Shown here piece after piece: positions 39,037 through 43,144 of a stretch of DNA of 43,144 nucleotides (positions are counted from its first letter, which is position 1; every line of letters begins with the position of its first letter). Origin of the DNA: Candidatus Ratteibacteria bacterium (GTDB lineage Bacteria; Ratteibacteria; UBA8468; B48-G9; JAFGKM01); assembly GCA_046296715.1 (NCBI GenBank), contig JBKBIN010000009.1:1-43144 (forward strand). The letters are read 5' to 3'. The position numbers and the translations under genes are program-made. The notes below the pieces were generated by a model that saw nothing but the letters and a program-made list of their open reading frames with translations, did not search any database and was not told the DNA's origin.

Positions 39037-39127
39037 GGAGGGGTAGCATAGTGGTCTAATGCGGCGGATTGCTAATCCGTTGTGTCGTCGAAAGGCGGCA
39101 CCGTGGGTTCGAATCCCACCCCCTCCG
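39037..39127 (+). tRNA. tRNA-Ser (GCT), CCA not fully encoded
   Basis: Acceptor GGAGGGG/CCCCTCC, anticodon arm GCGGA-TTGCTAA-TCCGT, long variable arm GTGTCGTC-GAAA-GGCGGCAC, T arm GTGGG-TTCGAAT-CCCAC, G73. Confidence 0.97.
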
Positions 39128-39138
39128 CTTGCTATATC

Positions 39139-39168
39139 TCAGGAGGGGGTGCTTCCCCCTTCCTGAAA
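39139..39168. other. GC-rich hairpin downstream of tRNA-Ser (terminator or REP-like element)
   Basis: TCAGGA-GGGGG-TGCTT-CCCCC-T-TCCTGA, followed by a C-run; no clear U-tract. Confidence 0.55.
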
Positions 39169-39186
39169 TAGTTCTCCCCCCACAAC

Positions 39187-39240
39187 GAAAAAGATTGGCA
39201 GACAATCCTTTCCACCTGTCACCTACGAGGTGAAGAAGGT
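39187..39240. repeat. Direct repeat copy A (54 bp)
   Basis: GAAAAAG-ATTGGCAGACAATCCTTTCCACCTGTCACCTACGAGGTGAAG-AAGGT; 2 mismatches to 42926-42979. Confidence 0.95.
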
Positions 39241-39246
39241 ATTAAT

Positions 39247-40887
39247 TCATTTCCAGTTTGATATGAGTTTTTTACATTGTTCTCCGGCTGGGCTAAGTTT
39301 GTTTTCATCCGTGAAGAGATTTTCCATTATTCCAATATAAACACCGTCAAAACCAAATTTTTTGCTTTGTTCAAATGTCCATTTCATCTTTTCAGGAGAA
39401 GGAGCAACATCTACTTCTCCAATTATCTTAACACCTAACTTTTTAATAAGTTCTATATCTTCTGTTGACTGCCAATCTAAAGCAGGTAAATGGGTGTAGT
39501 CAATCAATCCTAATTTTTTTAGATTTTCAATATAAAAGATTGGATATCGCGCTGAATAAAAACGTTGTGGATAAGTAGGAACAGAATGAGCTAACCATAG
39601 CCAATATTCTGGTTCATAAACTATTTTTACTGCTTCAGCAAGTTGAACACACCATTTAAACATACTCCATCTATAGAAATTTAGGAATACCCATCTTTCT
39701 CTGTTATAATTAAAACTTTTCGGAGGATTTATATCTTCAAAAGAAGCATAGTTAGTACACCAGTCTGTATTGAGTAATTTTATATCCTTTTTATAAAAAT
39801 TCATAAGATACTGCCTATATGCTTTTATAGCATAGTCATCAAAAGCCCAAATATGAGACCATTCATAAGAAATTTCTGATTCTTCCCCAGGACAAAGAAA
39901 AATAACTTTTATGTATTTTAACAAATTTTTATTCTTAAGATAATTCAATGAATAAACAATATGGTTTCTCCATATTCTATAACTCTCTGGATGCCATGGG
40001 GAAAGAAAACAAGCCTCTTTGTTATAAATTTGTCCCAATTCATTTTTAGGGAAAAGATCTGGATATTTTTTTATAAATTCCTCTGGAGGTGTATTATAAA
40101 ACGAAATACCTATCATAATTCCTGTATCTTTTACTAAGTTTATAAAGTTGGCAACTTTTTCAAGCATATTATTATATTCATCTTTATTTTCCTTTGGGAA
40201 ACCAATAGGATAAATATGGAGATTAATCCCAATATCATTAATTGCAGAATTAATTCTTATAAGAATATCTTTTTCATTTCCAACGCCACCCCATGTATTA
40301 AAAACTGGGGAAGGGATTTTTTTTGTTTTTATTGGATTTTTAATAAGTTGAGGTTTTGTCATTTCTATTCTTTTGATTAATAGTTCTCCAGAAGAATCTT
40401 TTTTCTTTTCGCTTATTATAAAACGAAGAAATTTTACTTCAGGATAAAAAAAATGAAATGGTTCACTTGCTGGAATTTGAATGTGTTGCCAAGAATCATT
40501 GTCAAGAGAAATCGTAGATAAAAGAATCCATTTATCTTTATAGGAACACCAAACCTGTAGTTTATTTCCAGAAGAGTCTCCTTTAAGATAAAACTTTACT
40601 GTTTCATAAGGTATATCTACAACAGGCATCTTAAAATCAAAATTTACCTCTTCTGAAGATGTTTCTTTGAAGTCATATTTAACTTTTAACGTTTTCTCTC
40701 CTTTTAAATTATCAATAGAAAGTGAAATTCCTAAAGAGTGTTGCCAATTTTTTAAATCTTTTTTAAAATCTTCCAAAATAAAAATCTCTTCTGTGATAAA
40801 TTTTGGAATAGATATTTCAGTAAAGGAAATTTTTGAACTTACAAGAATAAAAAAACATAATCCCAAAATAGATTTTAGATTTTTCAT
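39247..40887 (-). CDS. Secreted GH42/GH14-like glycoside hydrolase with N-terminal carbohydrate-binding-like domain
   Basis: Signal peptide from ATG 40887 (AGGAGG RBS); FYLKGDSSG..W domain; LSPWHP, CPGEESE, FDDYA..AYRQYL..Y..I..LN.DW.TNY.SFEDINPP motif seen in GH42/GH14-type barrels. Confidence 0.65.
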   Translation of the reverse strand: MKNLKSILGLCFFILVSSKISFTEISIPKFITEEIFILEDFKKDLKNWQHSLGISLSIDNLKGEKTLKVKYDFKETSSEEVNFDFKMPVVDIPYETVKFYLKGDSSGNKLQVWCSYKDKWILLSTISLDNDSWQHIQIPASEPFHFFYPEVKFLRFIISEKKKDSSGELLIKRIEMTKPQLIKNPIKTKKIPSPVFNTWGGVGNEKDILIRINSAINDIGINLHIYPIGFPKENKDEYNNMLEKVANFINLVKDTGIMIGISFYNTPPEEFIKKYPDLFPKNELGQIYNKEACFLSPWHPESYRIWRNHIVYSLNYLKNKNLLKYIKVIFLCPGEESEISYEWSHIWAFDDYAIKAYRQYLMNFYKKDIKLLNTDWCTNYASFEDINPPKSFNYNRERWVFLNFYRWSMFKWCVQLAEAVKIVYEPEYWLWLAHSVPTYPQRFYSARYPIFYIENLKKLGLIDYTHLPALDWQSTEDIELIKKLGVKIIGEVDVAPSPEKMKWTFEQSKKFGFDGVYIGIMENLFTDENKLSPAGEQCKKLISNWK

Positions 40888-40903
40888 ATCTGTTCCTCCT
40901 TTT

Positions 40904-41671
40904 TTATTGTTGAATTGGTGACCACCATATTTTATAGTTAGATGAATTCCAAGTAGCCCAATCAAAATTAGTAAGGTTAGGGCTACTTATACCGGCTTTA
41001 TAAGGGTCATACCAGGCTACATGTCCATCTCCAAAAAGGAAATTTGCACCTCCATTATGTAAGGTCATTAAGTTCCCTCCATCTGAATTTTTTTTCAATC
41101 TTTCAAAAAAGCCATAATCCCAAGCAAAACTTTCTACACCAGCCCATCCTAATGATTCTGTAGCAATAATAAATTGAGTAGGATTTTTAATACGAGAAAC
41201 TTTTAATGAAGAAGTTGTTCCTGTAGGCCATTCATATACAGCACGATTTACACAATAACTTCTCATTCTATATCCATGGTCTAATCTTCTATCACTTGGA
41301 CAGTTTAGGATAGGTGGATAGTATTGCCCCCAGTCAGTATTCCAATTTGAGTTGGGAATATATCCTCCTCCATTCCAATCGCGGGATTTTGCAATGAAAA
41401 GTAATGGTTCAACTCTCAGATAAGGTCTTGGGAAGTATTCTCCATAATCTTCTACATACATAAACAATGCTAAACCTACCTGTTTTAAATTGTTCATACA
41501 CACTGCTCTTCGTGCATTTTCTCTTGCTTTTGAAAGTGCTGGCAATAACATTGCTGCAAGAATAGCAATGATTGCCACCACCACTAACAATTCTATTAAG
41601 GTGAAACCCTGTTTTCTTATTTTTATAATTCTATCATACTTCTTTCCCAAATTTTTCTTTTTTCTTTCCAT
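40904..41671 (-). CDS. Prepilin-type N-terminal / H-X9-DG (DUF1559-like) protein
   Basis: [58 protein letters not shown]. Confidence 0.93.
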   Translation of the reverse strand: MERKKKNLGKKYDRIIKIRKQGFTLIELLVVVAIIAILAAMLLPALSKARENARRAVCMNNLKQVGLALFMYVEDYGEYFPRPYLRVEPLLFIAKSRDWNGGGYIPNSNWNTDWGQYYPPILNCPSDRRLDHGYRMRSYCVNRAVYEWPTGTTSSLKVSRIKNPTQFIIATESLGWAGVESFAWDYGFFERLKKNSDGGNLMTLHNGGANFLFGDGHVAWYDPYKAGISSPNLTNFDWATWNSSNYKIWWSPIQQ

Positions 41672-41684
41672 TTTCCCTCCTTTT

Positions 41685-42767
41685 TTATTTTTTTGCTATA
41701 GATTCTCTTATTATTATTTCCCCTTTTATTATTGTTCGTTCTTCGGTTAATTCTCCTTTTAATATTTTTGCAAGTTTCTCCATGGCTTTCTTACCAAGAA
41801 GATATGGAAAGATATCAAACGTTGTAAGTGCTGGATGAATATAAGCTGTAAAAGGAGAATTATTGCATCCTACAACTGCTATATCATCAGGGATCTTTTT
41901 ACCTATTTTCTTCAATGCTTGTAAAATTCCTATTGCTATTAAATCATCTGCTCCTATTAAAGCGTCAACATTATGTTTTATTAATTGATATGTGTTCTTA
42001 TATCCATTTTCTTCAGAAAAATCACCATATTTAACAAGTTTTTCGTCAAAATAAATGTTAAATTTAGTAATAGCTTTTTTATATCCTTCAAGGCGATCTT
42101 TACTAACAGTTAAATGTTGAGGCCCATTTATAAATCCAATCTTTTTATAACCGTATTTAATAAGAAGTTTGGTAAGATGATATCCTATTAAAATATTGTC
42201 ATTATCAACGCTTTTTACCCCCTGTTCAGTGGGATTTCCAATTACTACGAAGGGGAAGTTTTTATTTTTTAACATAGTTATCCTTATATCTTCTATTTTT
42301 GGATTTGTAAGTATCAAACCTACAATCTTTTTTTCTTCTATATCTCTTATATAATTGTTTTCATTTTCTGTGTAAAGAAGTAAAGAAAAATTTTGTTTAG
42401 ATGAGACAGATTTTATCCCTAATAGTAAATCTGTAATAAAATGAGTGAAATAAGAATTTTTTATTTCGGGAATAACTACTCCTATGGTTTCTGTTTTGAC
42501 TGTGGATAACAAATTTATATTATCATTTACATAAGTGCCTTTACCCGGGACTCGGAAAAGGATGCCTTCTTTGGTAAGTTCAATTAGTGCCTGTCTAACT
42601 GTAATATGACTAATATTAAAAATTGCACACAATTTTCTTTCAGAAGGGATTTGTTGTTTGGGTAAAAAAATTCCCTTTGCAATCTGTTGTTTAATATACT
42701 CTTTTACTTGTATATACAGAGGTACTGGACTATTACGAGTTACAAATTTCTGTACATTTCTGTTCAT
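41685..42767 (-). CDS. GntR-HTH plus LacI-type sugar-binding domain regulator (AraR-like architecture)
   Basis: [33 protein letters not shown], then periplasmic-binding fold with [19 protein letters not shown]. Confidence 0.92.
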   Translation of the reverse strand: MNRNVQKFVTRNSPVPLYIQVKEYIKQQIAKGIFLPKQQIPSERKLCAIFNISHITVRQALIELTKEGILFRVPGKGTYVNDNINLLSTVKTETIGVVIPEIKNSYFTHFITDLLLGIKSVSSKQNFSLLLYTENENNYIRDIEEKKIVGLILTNPKIEDIRITMLKNKNFPFVVIGNPTEQGVKSVDNDNILIGYHLTKLLIKYGYKKIGFINGPQHLTVSKDRLEGYKKAITKFNIYFDEKLVKYGDFSEENGYKNTYQLIKHNVDALIGADDLIAIGILQALKKIGKKIPDDIAVVGCNNSPFTAYIHPALTTFDIFPYLLGKKAMEKLAKILKGELTEERTIIKGEIIIRESIAKK

Positions 42768-42925
42768 ATCTGTATATATTATATCATAAACTTTTTATTC
42801 AACAAATTTTTCTAATCTAATATTTTTTAAAGAAAATTGATAAATGGAGGTATTTATTCATTTAGATTTAATTAAAATACCTATTGACAAGATTAAAAAA
42901 CATGTTTTATTTTTTAGATTGTTTT

Positions 42926-42979
42926 GAAAAACATTGGCAGACAATCCTTTCCACCTGTCACCTACGAGGTGAAGGAGGT
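42926..42979. repeat. Direct repeat copy B (54 bp)
   Basis: GAAAAAC-ATTGGCAGACAATCCTTTCCACCTGTCACCTACGAGGTGAAG-GAGGT; 42-bp core identical to copy A. Confidence 0.95.
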
Positions 42980-43144
42980 TTAAAAGGAGGGAGAGTTTTT
43001 GAGGCGGACAGTTGTTTCTATTTTTATTGGATTCATATTTTTCATAGCAGGTGAGGTTGATTTTCCATACAAAATTATCTTTACATAAGTTATTGTATCT
43101 GTATATGTCTGGTCATCTGTTTTTAATGAACCATCAGCATAATA
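42980..43144 (-). CDS. C-terminal end of an uncalled gene, possibly a PilW/PulJ-like minor pilin (partial)
   Basis: Open frame YYADGSLK..ITYVKIILYG..PIKIETTVRLKNSPSF* ending at 42980; the terminal T.V.L.N strand resembles minor pilins. The product call is weak. Confidence 0.5.
   Translation of the reverse strand, partial: YYADGSLKTDDQTYTDTITYVKIILYGKSTSPAMKNMNPIKIETTVRLKNSPSF

Noticed and set aside
18960..41610. Pilin antigenic-variation (silent cassette) or DGR system among the three DUF1559 genes
   Set aside because: Shared N-termini differ at many synonymous sites, each gene has its own RBS and start, and no reverse transcriptase or adenine-specific TR/VR pair is seen.
652..41750. Short ORFs of 60-130 aa antisense to or nested in real genes (e.g. 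652-846, 5338-5562, 8131-8433, 20036-20350, 21252-21638, 28189-28515, 33978-34160)
   Set aside because: Shadow frames rich in F/L/S/I, with no recognisable motifs or RBS.
39187..42979. Direct repeats as a CRISPR array or classical integron attC sites
   Set aside because: Only two copies 3.7 kb apart with no cas genes. No RYYYAAC...GTTRRRY boxes or long attC-type imperfect palindrome, and no IntI in the window.
39037..43144. Classical tRNA-targeted integrative element
   Set aside because: No integrase next to tRNA-Ser and no duplicated tRNA 3' end visible within the window.

Overview
Very AT-rich, gene-dense bacterial chromosome segment. It probably spans the replication origin: tRNA-Phe-secA-dnaA-[oriC-like intergenic]-dnaN-dciA-dapA-accD-folC. 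Other housekeeping genes are gltX, rpmB, recJ, hypCDE, amrB and tRNA-Ser. It also carries envelope glycosylation genes (two GT-C/GT39-like proteins and an O-antigen-ligase/TPR protein) and a TPM-nucleotidyltransferase-LemA operon. Two accessory modules share one layout on the minus strand: sugar-sensing regulator -> prepilin/H-X9-DG (DUF1559-like) gene(s) -> large secreted glycoside-hydrolase-like protein. That gene content suggests a PVC-related lineage such as Omnitrophota/Ratteibacteria (inference only). Highlights: (1) the second module sits next to tRNA-Ser and is bracketed by a 54-bp direct repeat with a 42-bp identical core containing a palindrome, like an excisable 3,739-bp cassette; (2) a standalone ~82-nt three-way-junction RNA candidate at 25371-25452 with its own promoter and U-tract; (3) SecA with a ~350-aa insertion; (4) stacked IS481-family right ends; (5) a 31-bp tandem duplication of an extended -10 element; (6) several apparently leaderless genes.
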